Assembly (NCBI RefSeq): GCF_036321535.1
Contig: NC_087436.1
Span: forward strand, 108,006,001 to 108,070,000
Direction: 5' to 3'
Origin: Camelus dromedarius
Taxonomy: Eukaryota
Length of the DNA stretch: 64,000 nt
The stretch's first letter is position 1; every line of letters starts with the position of its first letter. Made by a program: the position numbers and the translations under genes. Of this stretch, positions 24,381-37,452 are shown one piece after another. Below the pieces are notes generated by a model, which saw only the letters and a program-made list of their open reading frames with translations, searched no databases and was not told where the DNA came from.

Positions 24381-26874
24381 CTGACAGTGTATCATTAATG
24401 TACTAAATAGGCTCTTGGTATATTCATGCTTTCAGGACTATAACATTTTGCAATAACAGGTGTTTTTTTTTGATAAATTGTTATATAAAATCAGTCTCTC
24501 TTCTAGAAAGATGTCAGCTTATAGTCCACTAATTAGAACTTTTTGATAGTGTTGTCAAAGATTGGAAGAGAGGAGAAATTTATCATGTGTGGACGAAAAG
24601 TCTTCATAGACCAGATAACTAAGTCAAATATACTAGCAGTTTTTAACCCACTTAAAGAACTGATTATTTTGAAGCAGAATCACTTTTGTCCACCCTGATG
24701 GCTTGTTTCATATACATTCTAAGCATAAGCAATACAGGGCATTCAGTTAGTTTTTGAGGAAAGCACAAACGTAAGATTGAAACTTAGTGTCAGCTATACA
24801 TATTCAGAGGCCATTGAAAGTTGATTTTTCTTTACTTTTAAAGTACATTGCCCAAAGGGCCCATTTTTTCCCCTCTCTCACTGCTTGGATAGTAGCTAAA
24901 AGAATGGCTTTTTATTTTTGGATAATAAAATATTTGGGATTTTTATTTTTAATCTTCAGTGTATATAAGACATATGCCCAAATCTTACACACGTATACGT
25001 CTGCAATGTTTTTGTATGTCTGTACCTTATTTGCTAGAGTTAGAAGTGATCACGTGTGTATAATGTGTCTATTTTTTCATATTTTATGTAGCCAAGTGCA
25101 GCATCTGAAAAGGAGGGAAAGAATTACAACTACAAGATACTTTTTGGTGGGCCAGGAGCAGAGGAGAGTCTATAAATATCCCTCTCCTGAAACAAGATTT
25201 ATATCCTTACATCATAAAATCCTGCTTTTTATCCTGACACTACCCTCCCTCTTACAGTATCTATTGCTTCGTCTGCATTAACCTCATACGCGTAGTGATG
25301 ATATGAGGAGTGTGTGTGGGAGCCTTACCAGAGGATCACGTGAAACGAGCGCTCATCTCAACTATTGCTGTTAGTTAGTTTCTTCAGTTTCAGTTCATTC
25401 TAAGAATCAGAAATCAATATATGCCTTGTCTTACTGTTACATATTTCTCTTGGTGTACAATTTGAAGTTCAGGTAAGGATAAATAATCATAGTGCTCAGA
25501 CTGTAACCCAATAGAAACGAAGTAAGATGAAAACCAAATACAGTTATGAAACTCTGATAGGGTTGCAGAGAAAGTTGTAAACACTCAAATGTGGAAATCT
25601 CCGGGAAGAACGACTACATCATAAGAAATATAAAACCATAGGATATAAATATTGTATAAGAAAAGCAAACAGACCAAGTAGAATGAGCAAATCTTTTTGA
25701 GAAAGGAGTGAGGTAGCAAGCAAAGATGGGGCAGTAATATAATTCTGGGTAGTGTCGATCAAAGGAGGCTGTTGAGAAGATGGGAAGACAGATGGTCTCT
25801 GCGACCAGCGATTGGAGGAAACACTACAGTATCTTCATTCAGAATAAAAATGGAGCTCTTTGCTCAGAGTGTGTGGAAACTTTGTCAATGTCAGAGGAAT
25901 TCAATCTAAGGGGAGCATGATAGGCATCAATTACTGATAAAAACTTCTCAGTTTGCCTATTATTTTACAATAGGTCACCCCATCACCTAGAGGGTGACAT
26001 GTCCACACACTTTGGGGCTTTTCCGGAATATATGATTCTGCCACTCGCAAACCACAGAGTTAAATCATTGCTAAAAACATCAGCCACATAATCACACTTT
26101 GATTGTTTATTATTCACACATAAAAAATGAATATTCCCAACCCATGTTGTAATGATAATGTCATTATCATTGACTAGTAGATATAGATTTATTATTTAAA
26201 AAGTAAGAGCCCCATCCACGTATAGTCAGTTGCTTAGAGATGGTTACTTCCTTTCAAAAACTGCAGCTTTTAAAACTGGCTCGTTTTCTCTAAGAGTGCA
26301 TTCCTCAGCTTCATAATTTACTAGCTTTCCAGAGAGTGAAAGCCTCCAGAGAACTTGTATGACAGATAATTGGGGAAGAGAAAAAAAATGGGTTCATGGA
26401 GCTTGTTCCAGGTGACACAAACCAAGTCTCTTGACATCCTTTGAGAAGTGGGAGTAAAGAATAAAACTTGGTTTAAAATATTTTAATGTTACACCACCTA
26501 GGAACTAAACCATAGAGATGTTCGTGTGTGTTGGGTTTTTACTTTTTTTTAAGAAAAGTAAATTCTTGCAGAATTTACTAGAGATTATGCACTTTGTGCT
26601 TCCATCTCTTTTTATTCACCTGCTTTAGAGGAAACAGAAAGCAACATAAAATACATATTCTATAGAATGTACACAAGTATGTGGCATCCAAAACAATTCA
26701 CGTGGGGAGCGTATTTAAAGCTTATCTGGAATTTTCACTTACGTTGACCAAATCCTAAGGAACCCGTTTGTTTTTGAACTTGTTCCATCCTGACAGCCGA
26801 GGTTCTATAACGGCATCACATTATTTCATGAGCATTGCTCAGAGCCGGCCAGAAGCAGGCTTTCCCTCAAGGAC

Positions 26875-27268
26875 TGTATTGGTTTGCCAGGCCTGCTGTA
26901 ACAGCACACCGCAGGCTGGGTGGCTTAGGAACAGGAAGTTTTTGTCCCAGTCATGGAAGCTGGAAGTCCAAGGCCAAGGTGTCAGTAGGCTTGATGTCTT
27001 CCGAGGCCTCTCCCCTTGGCTTGCAGATGGAGGCCTTGTCCCTGTGTCCTCACATGGCCTTTCCTCCGTGCTCGAGCATCCCTGGTGCCTTACCTGAGTG
27101 TCCTAATTATCCATAAGGACGCCAGTCAGAATGGACTAGGGCCCGTCCGAATGCCTCATTTTGATGTAGCTATCTCCTTAAAAGCACTGCCTCCAAACGC
27201 AGTCACATTCTGAGGTCCTAGGGGTTGGGCCTTCAAGTATGAATGGGGCGGGGGGCGAAATTCAGACG
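26875..27268 (-). mobile_element. MLT1B-like LTR
   Basis: 'tgtattggtttgccag...gctggaagtccaaggccaaggtgtcag...ccttggcttgcagatgg...gtcacattctgaggt'. Confidence 0.85.
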
Positions 27269-30200
27269 CTGCCCCGTTTGCTTGGAGTACTTGACAGTCA
27301 TCCTGAGTTTTGCTGGAGAGAGGAAGGGAAATTGGGATCAGCACTCAGTCTCATATTCCAGGAACCTCCCCCAGAGTTCGAGGCTAAGAGCCTCCACAGA
27401 GGGCCACAGTCAGCATTTTGAGCATCCTTTTTGTTGGAGTTCTCTCTCCACTCAGACACCGCACAGGGGTCGCCGAGGCTCACAGGTGCATGTTTCCTTG
27501 ACACGAAACAACTGATCTAAAAGAGACCCATTCAGTCAGCCACTAATGCCTGTGGCTCTTGACATAGAATAAAATTAAGTAAAATCTGGGGGCATCGCAT
27601 AAATGCTATCTTCCCCTCTGGTATATTTTCAGGTTTTTAGTTTGCGTAGAGATTGAGCTCAGGCCTGGAAGACAATTTGTACAGAGAGATTTTATATGAT
27701 TAAATGTTTTTACATAAAAGAAAGATTCAGGTAGTACTGATTTTATTTTTCTCCAACTTTTAAAATTATAAGTTAGGAATTGTACTTTTTTTGGTTTTTT
27801 TGTTTTTTTCCATTATTGAATAAACTACTTTTTTTTTTAGGAGACCATAACATTGTTGGGTAAGTCCCATGGTACTTCCTGCAGAAGAACTGATACCATT
27901 TTATATATACTGGATTTACAGATTTCCATTTATATTTGGTGTAGATTTTTTTCAGGAGCCCATTTTATGCTTTGTTACCTTAAAGGTACAAAGGTACAAC
28001 CCTACCACTGGCCATCCCCCCTTCAATTTGCTTCTCAGGAATGGAAAATTTCTGCTTCCAAACATGTAAGGTAACAAGTTTCCCTCTCACAGCTGTTGAC
28101 TCTGAGCCAAAGAATTCTTTGCAAATTTCTTTCACGTACTCGTAGCATTTAGAATAATGCCCTTAACTGTCATATCCAGTTTTCTAGGTTTCAGAAACTA
28201 TGGTTGCTTCTCATTGCTGTAAGTTGAAATCCAGTGGATAATTTCATAAGTCATGGCCCTCTATAATCAAGGATTCTCCTCCACAAACTTAAAGCAGTAG
28301 GTAAACCTTCAGATAGACTCCATGTCTGTAGCTAGTGAAGTCACAACTGAGTTCCCTCAGGAGGAGAGTCCTCTTCCTTCTGCTGGCCCCAGCCCGGCCA
28401 TCAAATCAAGACCTTCCCCACAACCCCCAGCCTTGCTCCTCACTCTTGATCCTGACCTCCTGTCCGGCTTGTTCTCCAAGTAATGAGTGTCCCAACCTTT
28501 GGTCATTCATGACCGCTTCCACGATTATTGCCGGTTACACACACCACCTACCCTATTATTTACTTAATAGTTTTCTCTTTCTAAACCATTGTTTAGCTTA
28601 ATACAGTTATCTATGAAGGCAACTTGAAGTCAGTAGCACACATTTTAAAAAACCTATACCATTTGCCCTGAGTGGAAGTCGATATAAAAATTAACATAAT
28701 GGGAATTCTTAGGGCTCACTATGTGCCAAGCTCTGGGTTGGTGTCTTCATAGAGCTGCCCTGCATCTCCTCACGGATTCCTTCATTTGGAATCATAACTT
28801 CTGAATGAAACATGCATACAACTTCCTTTATAGCTGGAATATTTGTTGTGGGCCTACCACGTTCCAGACACTGGGAATAGCCAGCACAGACACGGTCTGT
28901 GTGCTTGTGGCCTATTGAGGGAGAGAAACAAAGCAGATAGATTGAAAATTAAATGAGCCAAATAAAAAAAGAAAGAAAATCGTAAATGCCTTAAAAATAG
29001 GATCTAGGGATAAAGAGTGACTAAGACATTGGTGCCATTATTACGTGCATTAAGTGACCTACCCAAGGTCGCACAAGTGGTGAGCAGTGGAGCCGGGTTT
29101 CCTCCAGGCATCTTCAGAATGGACAGTGGCTTCTCACTCACTGGAAGGGATCCCAAGATCATATCCGTCGCCTTGGCCCAGATAACTTCCTGTTCTTGTC
29201 TTGTTTTCTGGAATAAGCTGAAATTACTAAAAGGAGTGCTTGTAACCCTTCACATCCTTTAGCCTTTTTTTTTTCCCTTCTTCAGTCTCTTACATGTATG
29301 TTTTGTTCATTTTCCAGTTAACTGAGAAAAATATCAGTCTTCGTAAAATGAAGCATCCCAGAATAGAGATTTTTGTGACTATGCAAGCAAGTGGAGGAAT
29401 CATACATCCCAGTTGGGTGAATGCAAGAGCTAAGCGTTAGAAGTTATAAATCATGAGGATTGTGATGGTGCAGAATGTTGTCCTTTTAGCTGCTTTTGTC
29501 ATTAACTTAGATAAATGATGGCTACTCTTAGTAAGTTATGACATTCTGCAAGGCAGGAATTCCACCCTTTAAATATATGCTTAGATTCTTTTAAAGAAAT
29601 TATAGTGCAGTGATTGGATTATGCTGAAGCATCATTCAAGAGAGCAAAGTTGATTTATCAGTGGAGCATGGATTTTTAGGTTTGAGGATCGTGCCCTCTT
29701 CTGGTTATTAACGGTACTTTTGCCTTAAAAAATGTTTTCTATTTTATTTCAAATGAAAATATAATACAAAACCTGTCCTGGAAATCAAATTTTTAAAAAT
29801 TTCAAGTTGAGCTGTGGAACACAAATTATCATGAAGTGAGGTTGTGGTGAGGTAAATTCCTCTCCAGTTCTGATGTCTATGAAATTTGAGTGTACTCTGC
29901 TAAAACACTAAAGCGAGTGTGTGTAGAGTGTCTTAACATTGAAGTAATTGCTTGTAAATATTTCCAGCATTGATGAAATATATTTTTTTATCCACAAGCA
30001 ATTTTGAAAATGTTTTAAGTTTCGCACACCCTTATCAGGAAATGGTTGTTTAATAATCGGTTATTTCCTGAAAATGAGCATGGTGTTTACTTTGGATCAT
30101 TTTCATTTTTCTTTCCAGCCTCTCATTCTTTCTTCCCACGACTTAAACCTAATGTGCAGGCAGACTGTACGTTCGTGGTTTCTTCCCAGCCTCCTTTCCT

Positions 30201-30878
30201 TGGGCCCTCCACGTAATGGCTTTGCCTGGAGCCCTTTCCATGAAATGACATTCAGAGCCGACTTCTCTTGGCAGTTTCATCGCCAAAATAACATTGCCAT
30301 GCTTTACTTAAGTGTCAGGTGGGTATCGAGACCAAAACTATGAAGAAACCAAATTTCAGTTCTAGAGTCTCCTTCAAATTAATTTACTTTAAACCTAACA
30401 CAAACTGAATGTGATGTTCATTTTCACAAGTAATTATTGAAAAGCCAAATTTGGACAGATTGCCTTAGAAATCACGTTATTTAGTAGAAGGGATAACATA
30501 AGTTTCCCATAAAGTGATACTGTCTCAGCCCTGATTTTGTTTTAATAAAGGTGAACACAAAAATAATACCTTCTGTTGTGTGTAAAAACAGTGACCTACA
30601 AAGAATGAAATCTCTGTATTTATGCAATTTTTAGGAAACTATATAGTATATATACTTTTAAAGTTTTGAAGACGTCAGCTAGCTATGAAAGATATAATCA
30701 GTTCTTAGCACAGATACACCAAAGACACTACATAGGCTTAGACAGCCATCTTCTGTGAACCACTTGCTGTACCTAATAATCATATATACATTTAGATTTT
30801 TAAAAGAAGTACTTTTTGTGAAGCCAACTGCTGAAACGGTGACCATTCCGCAGACTGGCCTTAGGATGGATGTGCAGC

Positions 30879-30897
30879 TATCGCCATCTAGTGGTCA
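30879..30897 (-). promoter_or_regulatory. CTCF-binding motif (reverse orientation)
   Basis: Minus strand reads TGACCACTAGATGGCGATA, a close match to the CTCF core CCASYAGRKGGCR; adjacent local CpG cluster. Confidence 0.7.
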
Positions 30898-31130
30898 TAT
30901 TCCGGAGATGCGCGCAAAGCAGATTTCCTTTGTGCGGTTGGAGTAGCTCTCTTCTGTTATTTCCTAAGATGGATTGCCATCTGAGATGAAATAGTACGAC
31001 TGTAATTCATTTATTTTTAAAACTTAAAAATTTCAATCATTTACAAAATAAATGAACATTTTCACAGGCCAAGATAGACTCATTAAAATTTCTCTGTAAT
31101 AGTACTGTATTTTATTATTTTTTCCTTCCT

Positions 31131-31437
31131 GTTTTATTGAGAGATAATTGACATAGAGCACTGTATAAGTGTACGGTGTGCAGCATAACGACTTGACTAG
31201 TATGCCTCATGAAGTGATCACCACAGTAAGTTTAGTGAGCATCCATCATCACGTACAGATATAAAATTAAAGAAAAAGAAAAAGAATTTTTTTCCTTGTG
31301 ATGAGAACTCTTTGGACTTACTCTCTTAACAACTTTCATATGTAACACACAGCAGTGTTAATAGTGTTAGTCATGTTGTACATTACATCCCTAGTACTTC
31401 TTTATCTTATCATTGGAGGCCTGTACCTTTGACCCCC
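31131..31437 (-). mobile_element. L1MA9-like 3' end
   Basis: 'ttttattgagagataattgacatagagcactgtataagt...gtgatgagaactct...cattacatccctagtactt...tgtacctttgacc'. Confidence 0.85.
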
Positions 31438-31539
31438 TATGATTTCATTATTTGCTATCTCCTGTGAAACCTTCCCTATTCCTCCTGGCACAGTTAGTCA
31501 TTCCTCGCTCTTTGCTGCCATCGTATGCAATTCCTCTGT

Positions 31540-31765
31540 AGGAATGGCATGTTGTAGAGAAAACTGGGAACTTTGTGGCCAGTTAGCCCTGGGTTCTAAT
31601 GCCTGCTCTAGCTGTGTGACTGGAGGCAAGACACACAACCTCTCTGAGCCTCAGCTACTCTGTTTTTACAATGACAAAGCCACGAGCATGCCCACTTTAG
31701 CAGGCTTTTGTGAATATGGCAGGAGCTTCTGTGGGGCCTGGGAGGGTTACTGATGGTAACTATTT
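31540..31765 (+). mobile_element. MIR SINE
   Basis: 'cctgggttctaat...tagctgtgtgact...aacctctctgagcctcag'. Confidence 0.75.
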
Positions 31766-33232
31766 TTACAGTTACTTCTGCATTAACTCTTATTAAAGTA
31801 CTAAGACATCCGTATTTGTTCCTAGTTTTTTGTTTGTTTGTTTTCCGAATCAGCTGTGAACTCCTTGAGGGGAGACGCTGCCTTAGCCGTCTTGTGTCCT
31901 GTACGTCTAGTGACATGCCTGGCACAGGGTGAATGTCTGTACAGTGCACACATCTTGTTTTGTCTTGCCAACGAGGCTGTACTTTAATGAGGTCAGGGGC
32001 TGGGGATGAGATTTCCTTGGAGCTGACAGGTTAGAGTAGCTGATTAGCATGTGAATGAAGAATCTTTGATTGATGTGCTGAAAATTGTGTGCCCTCTGCT
32101 TAGTTATTCAGCTAAGTACTAATGCCATTCAGCTAATTAATGGGTCCCACTTCCAGTATATATCGAACAGCACTCCCAGTTTTGTAATTCATTTTCTATT
32201 TCCCATAAAATTTCAACTCCTTGTTTCTGTTGTTGGCTGCCTTATCATCACTAATAGTGTTACTCAAATCTATACGATATTCATCTGTGAAAAGTAACAC
32301 AGTGATTTTTCTTTTCTTCTCCAGCTCTCAGATGTTGAAATGTCCAGTATGGTTTACTTGCAAAAAAGTGAATATCTTCTGGTTGAAATAAGATTGACAT
32401 GGCTTACTGTGGACTTGTGGGGCTTGACTTGAAATTTCTTTGGGGAAATCTATCCAGTGGCCTGCCTTCAGATTTATAGATGTTTTTCCTCCCTTCTTCA
32501 TTTGCTAGAGCAAGAGATGTGATCTGAAGGAAGTTTCCATGGCACAGTTGATGGGTGAGTTCCTCCTATTGCAGTGGCTCCCTCATTCTAAAATTAAATG
32601 TAAAAATGGGGAGGCCAGAGAGGCGTGTAGAAGTTTGTTGCTCAGCTCAGGGGACTGTCAGCAGCAGAAACCCTTCCCCCGAGAGTCGCATGTTGTGCTG
32701 GGACAGCTGTGGTATCGTTCTGCAGGGACGCCCCTTCATTACCCCTGCCTTCTCTGTCACTTTAAAAGACGTATCTTTCAGAGCTTCCTAGGGCATCTCA
32801 GGTTTACCTCTGGTTATTTAAAGATTCTGCAGGAGACGGTATGAACTCTGAAAGTCCTGCCTTTGGTATTTCTGACTTGTAGCTCAACCTCCCCGCACTC
32901 ATTTCAGGGAAATGTTAAAAGAGACAAGGTTCCTGGAAGAGAAGGTTTTTCAGCTGGAGTTTGTTTGACAAAATGGAGTTAAAATGGTAGAGGAGAGTGT
33001 AGTTCAGGACGAAGAGCTAATTTGTCCCTACAGGAGGCGGTGCTGATGAACAATTTCTGATTGGGAGAATTAGTCATTTGTTGGGGTTGGAGATTTGGAG
33101 ATGAGTTGGGAGTTGTTTGATTGACCTCCACTTGGCAGATGTAGTTTTCCAAGTTCCAGGCTAGAGACATAACCCTTATTCTTACACAGCCATTTTTTGA
33201 TCACATGAGGCACTCTTTGATAAAGGCTAGAA

Positions 33233-34142
33233 CAGTGACTCTCAACCCTGGTTTTAAGGATCTCAGTCTGGAGCTTAAAACAATAAACAGACACAAGACC
33301 TGGACACAACGGCTACACCAGATGAATTAGACTCTCTGGGAGGCACCCACTAGCAGAGCTATAACACGGCAGATCAGACAATAACAAGGATTGGCAAGGA
33401 CTGGGAGAGATTGGAACCCTCGTGTACTGCTGGTAGGGTTATAAAACGGTGCATCAATGTGGGAAAAATCTTGCAGTTTCTCAAAAGGTTAAACATAGAG
33501 TTTCCCCATGACCCAGAGATTTCAATCCTAGATCTATAGCAAGAGAAATGAGAAGATAAGCCCACACAAAACCCTGTACATGAATGATAATGGTAGCATT
33601 ATTCATAATAGCCAGAAAGTGGAAACAACCCAAATGGCCATCAGCAAATGAATGGAAAAATAGAATGTGGCTTTCCCACACAATTACATATTCTTTGTCA
33701 ATAAAAAGGAAAGGGGGTACCCATTTATGCTGCAACAAAAACTTGTGCTATGTCCAAGAGGCCAGACACAAAAGGCCACATAGTATATGGTTCCATTTAT
33801 GTGAAATGTCCAGAATCGGCAAATCTATAGAGACAGAAAGTACATGAGTGGTGATTTAGGGCTTGGCGAAAGGGAGGGTTGGGGATGACACATGGTGAGT
33901 ATGGAGTTTTTTTAGTCATGAAAATGTTCCAAAATTATGGTGATGGCTACACAGCCCTGTAAATATACCAAGTCCACTGAATTGGACACTTTAAATGGGT
34001 GAAGTGCATGGTATGTGAATTATATTCCAATAAAGCTGTTAGAAAAAAAAATCTCTGGATAAGGGGTCTGAGAATCTGTGGCTTTTTTTTTTTTTAAGCT
34101 CTCTGGGTGATTCTGATACACAGGAAGAGTCGAAACCTACTA
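33233..34142. mobile_element. MER5A1-like hAT-Charlie element split by an L1 insertion
   Basis: Left part 'cagtgactctcaaccctgg...gaattagactctctggg' (33233-33340); right part 'atctctgga...ttttaagctctctgggtgattctgat' (34051-34142). Confidence 0.65.
33343..34051 (+). mobile_element. L1MB-like 3' portion (ORF2 C-terminus, 3' UTR, A-tail)
   Basis: ORF 33584 translates to ALFIIARKWKQPKWPS..EW..RMW (L1 ORF2 C-terminus); ends 'aataaagctgttagaaaaaaaaa'. Confidence 0.92.
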
Positions 34143-34915
34143 GTTTAGATGGAACAAACAAATCCATCTCCACTACTGTACATACAAATGACCTGTTGTT
34201 TGGCAGGGAGCAGGTGGGAGTAGGGGCAGTCAATAATGCACCTTCATGGTTCAAGAACAATTTCATTGTGGCTTTACATCAGCTAGTTTAGCTTAAAAGA
34301 CCATTTGGATGCAAGAAATGACACTTGGTCGTGAAGGTTTTTGTAAATATTAAATTAACGTCACCTCAGCATTGACTCAAAGATAGTTGATCAAATTTAC
34401 TCTGGCAAAGAATCGAAAGAAACTAAATTTAGGGCTTGATCATGATGAGACAAATGAAAATCCCTGCGAAGAAGCCACGAGTTGTAGGAGTGACTTGATG
34501 AAGAATTCTTCATTTCTCCTGGATGTACTTGGATTTTCATCAGCTCGTTCCAAGTGAAAACGTATCTCTGGGGATAAAGTGTTGTGTTTGGCTTTTTAGT
34601 TACACTCTTGAGGTTTTTGACATCTTTTTGTCACATTCCAAACATGCCATTATATCTGGTTTCAAGAAGACATCCTTGTGCAAATGTTTCTGTGTTTGGC
34701 AGATTGACATCTTAGAATATGAATGTGTCAAAGATTATCTGACTTTCATAGCATTGTTTTACAACTCCCAGTTTTTATTTAAAATATAAGTATTTATTTA
34801 TTTTTATCAGAAAATGTTTCCTCTGGGTTAAAGAATACTTTCTTTGGGCATGAAAGAATATACATTTATATTTATATTGGACATTTAAAGGAAAACTTCA
34901 ACTTTTACTAATGGT

Positions 34916-35275
34916 TATATGTCAGTTCAGTCAAGCTGTTGAACAAAAATACCATAGGCTGGGTGAGTTATAAACAAAAAAAAAGTTTATTTTTCACAGT
35001 TTTGGAGACTGAAGTCAAAGTCATTGCACTGGCAGGTTTGGTATCTGGGGAGGACCTGCTTCCTGGTTCATGGACATCTGTCTTCTCAGTATAACCTTAC
35101 ATGACAGAAAAGGCAAGAGAATTTTCCGGGGCCCTTTTTTAGGGGCACTAATCATGAGGGGCTCTGCCCTCGTGATGTAATCACCCAAAGTCCCCCACCT
35201 CCTCATACCATCACGTTACAGGGTTAGGATTCAACGTATGAATTTTGAGAGCAACACAAACATTGTCAGTAGCAC
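34916..35275 (-). mobile_element. MLT1A0-like LTR
   Basis: 'aacaaaaataccataggctgggtg...cacagttttggagactg...gggcactaatcatgaggggctctgccctc...ttcaacgtatgaatttt'. Confidence 0.85.
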
Positions 35276-36339
35276 CACATGAAAGAGGAAAATCATTAAA
35301 AAGTATAAATTTTCAGTAACATTATTCAAGAATTAAAGAACTGAAAGGTTAAGAAATAATAAGCCAGTGAAGTTCTGTGTTTGTAATGGATTCATTAAGA
35401 TACGGAGGCAGAGTGTAAATTTCCCCGCCTGTGAATGATCAGTGGTTTGCTGGTGGCGGGGTGCATAATATGAACCTTGACACAGGGAAGCTTGTGAGTG
35501 TCTGTGTACATGTAACTGTGATTAGACATGGCAGATATTTTAGTTCCATTCATTGGTATGTTTGACAATGTCACTTACCTGCCATCGCATCCTCCTGTAG
35601 AAATGGTACAGTGTAATCATAAGTCATAGTATACTTAGTGTAAAAATGTCCGTTTTCAATTCTGTTTCCTCAACGTGGTGTGCTTTTAGAGCATGAGGGT
35701 ACTTCGATGACTGCTGTGTGTTATTATAGTGATAGCTGACTGTTGATTACTGTTACTGAGCTGGATGAAGTACCATCCAAGTGAGGCAGAAGTGTAAATT
35801 CATGGGGAGTTAGAGAGTGAAGACATCTTTGAGATCCTTAACTTGAATTTCTTCATTTTGTACCAGAAGGAAGGGAGACTCAGGAAGGGACACCTACATG
35901 ATTTTGTGTAGGTCACGGTGTTGCTGGAGCCTCACTGTGTGATTTTTCTGCTTCAGCATATTAGAAATGCAGAAACACTCCATAAAACAAGATGCCTGTT
36001 AGAGCAAAATCTGGCATGAAGTGATTGGTAGCTGGCCAGTGTGCTGTCTGCCTGGTGCCCCTTCTCATTTCAGTAACCTCACAATAACAAAGCCTTGCAT
36101 TTGTTTGTGGTTGAATTTAATGGTAAGTTTTTATTTGATATAAAGTATGCTTTTCATTTTATGTTGATAGTTGGACAGAGTTTTGAACACGAATATGGGC
36201 ATGTAATGGGGCAGAGCTAGTCCATTAATAACAAGAGGTTCCTTATAATGACCTCAAACTATTTTGCATTTCAGTGTCATGATTCACGCAGGTGCATAAA
36301 AGACAAGTGTCATGGTGTGAGAATGATGTCTAGATTAAC

Positions 36340-37310
36340 CTTTCTTCTCATGCCAGGTAATTATGAATTTCCACAGGGAAAACATCTGGTAAAATCTTTT
36401 TGCCTAGGAAAGATGTGAACAATTTCCTTCAGAGTGAAATAGTGACTAATTCCAAGAGAAGGGAAATAATTTCTAAGCATAAAATCGCAGGGATAAAAAC
36501 ATGAAGAAGAAGACAGGTATAACTTGACTAAACCAAAATTTTAAACGTCTATGTGTTAAAAAATACCGTGGATAAAATGAAGTAATATAGGACAGGGGAA
36601 AATATTTAGAACATACACGAAAAGGTTTTAACTTTCTTAATTTATTTTTTATTCTGATATAAAGAATGAAATAAAAAACCTAGCATAGAAACCAAGGCAT
36701 TTGGAAGGATAGAAATGGCCAGGAGATGAATGAAAAGAGAACTCCACTGATAATAAAGTAAACACAGATAGTAACAGAGTCCCATTTTTCTTCGCTATCC
36801 TATTGGAGTAGTTTTTAAAGTATATAAAAGGAAGTGTTGATGAGAATGTGGAGAGAGTAACACTTTTATAGGAGCGTGAATTGGTATAGACTTCTGGGGT
36901 GAACTTGACCCTGTATATTAAAAGCCTTCACATTTTGGTATCTCTAAATTAAGGAGCTATATTTCTAGTAATCTTCTATATAAAAAAAATCAGAGCTAAT
37001 TCCAAAATTTTTAAGCTAGGGTATTGCTACACCCTCCCCCAAAAATAAAACTAAAGAAACTCAAATGTTCAAAAATAAAGTAACATTTCATGTGATTACA
37101 TGTGAAGTGGTCACTATAAGAATATTAAATAACGTAAGCTTTGACAGTATGTTTTATGTGAAAAACATCAGATTGCAAGATTGTATGCTTTTAAAGGTTA
37201 TGTACCTAGATTATCTCTGGGAAGTGGGAATGCAATAATTATTATTTCCTTCTTTGTTTCTTTGTATTTCAATGATTATATGTAAATTTTTAAATGAAAA
37301 ATAGTGTTAT
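36340..37310 (+). mobile_element. Old L1M (L1ME-like) fragments
   Basis: A-rich; 'gtgttgatgagaatgtggaga...aattggtatagacttctgg', 'gattatctctggg'; heavily diverged. Confidence 0.55.
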
Positions 37311-37433
37311 TTAATAATTTCAAATATGCAGTAAACTTTTCAAAAACCTATGGGAGTCAGGAATATAAATAAAAGAAACCAATGAAGAGAGGATGTGGAT
37401 AGATTCTTCACCTATTGAAGTACATTTTGGGGC

Positions 37434-37452
37434 TTACCAGCAGGTGGCAATA
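37434..37452 (+). promoter_or_regulatory. CTCF-binding motif (forward orientation)
   Basis: TTACCAGCAGGTGGCAATA contains CCAGCAGGTGGCA, matching the CTCF core. Confidence 0.6.

Noticed and set aside
24787..25281. 164-aa ORF, second longest in the track
   Set aside because: GTG start, low-complexity F/L/I/Y composition typical of T-rich DNA, no recognisable homology or splice structure.
26768..27213. Cluster of overlapping ORFs
   Set aside because: They lie largely within the GC-rich MLT1B LTR, where stop codons are scarce.
33374..33847. Three overlapping ORFs
   Set aside because: All derive from the L1MB element, sense or antisense.
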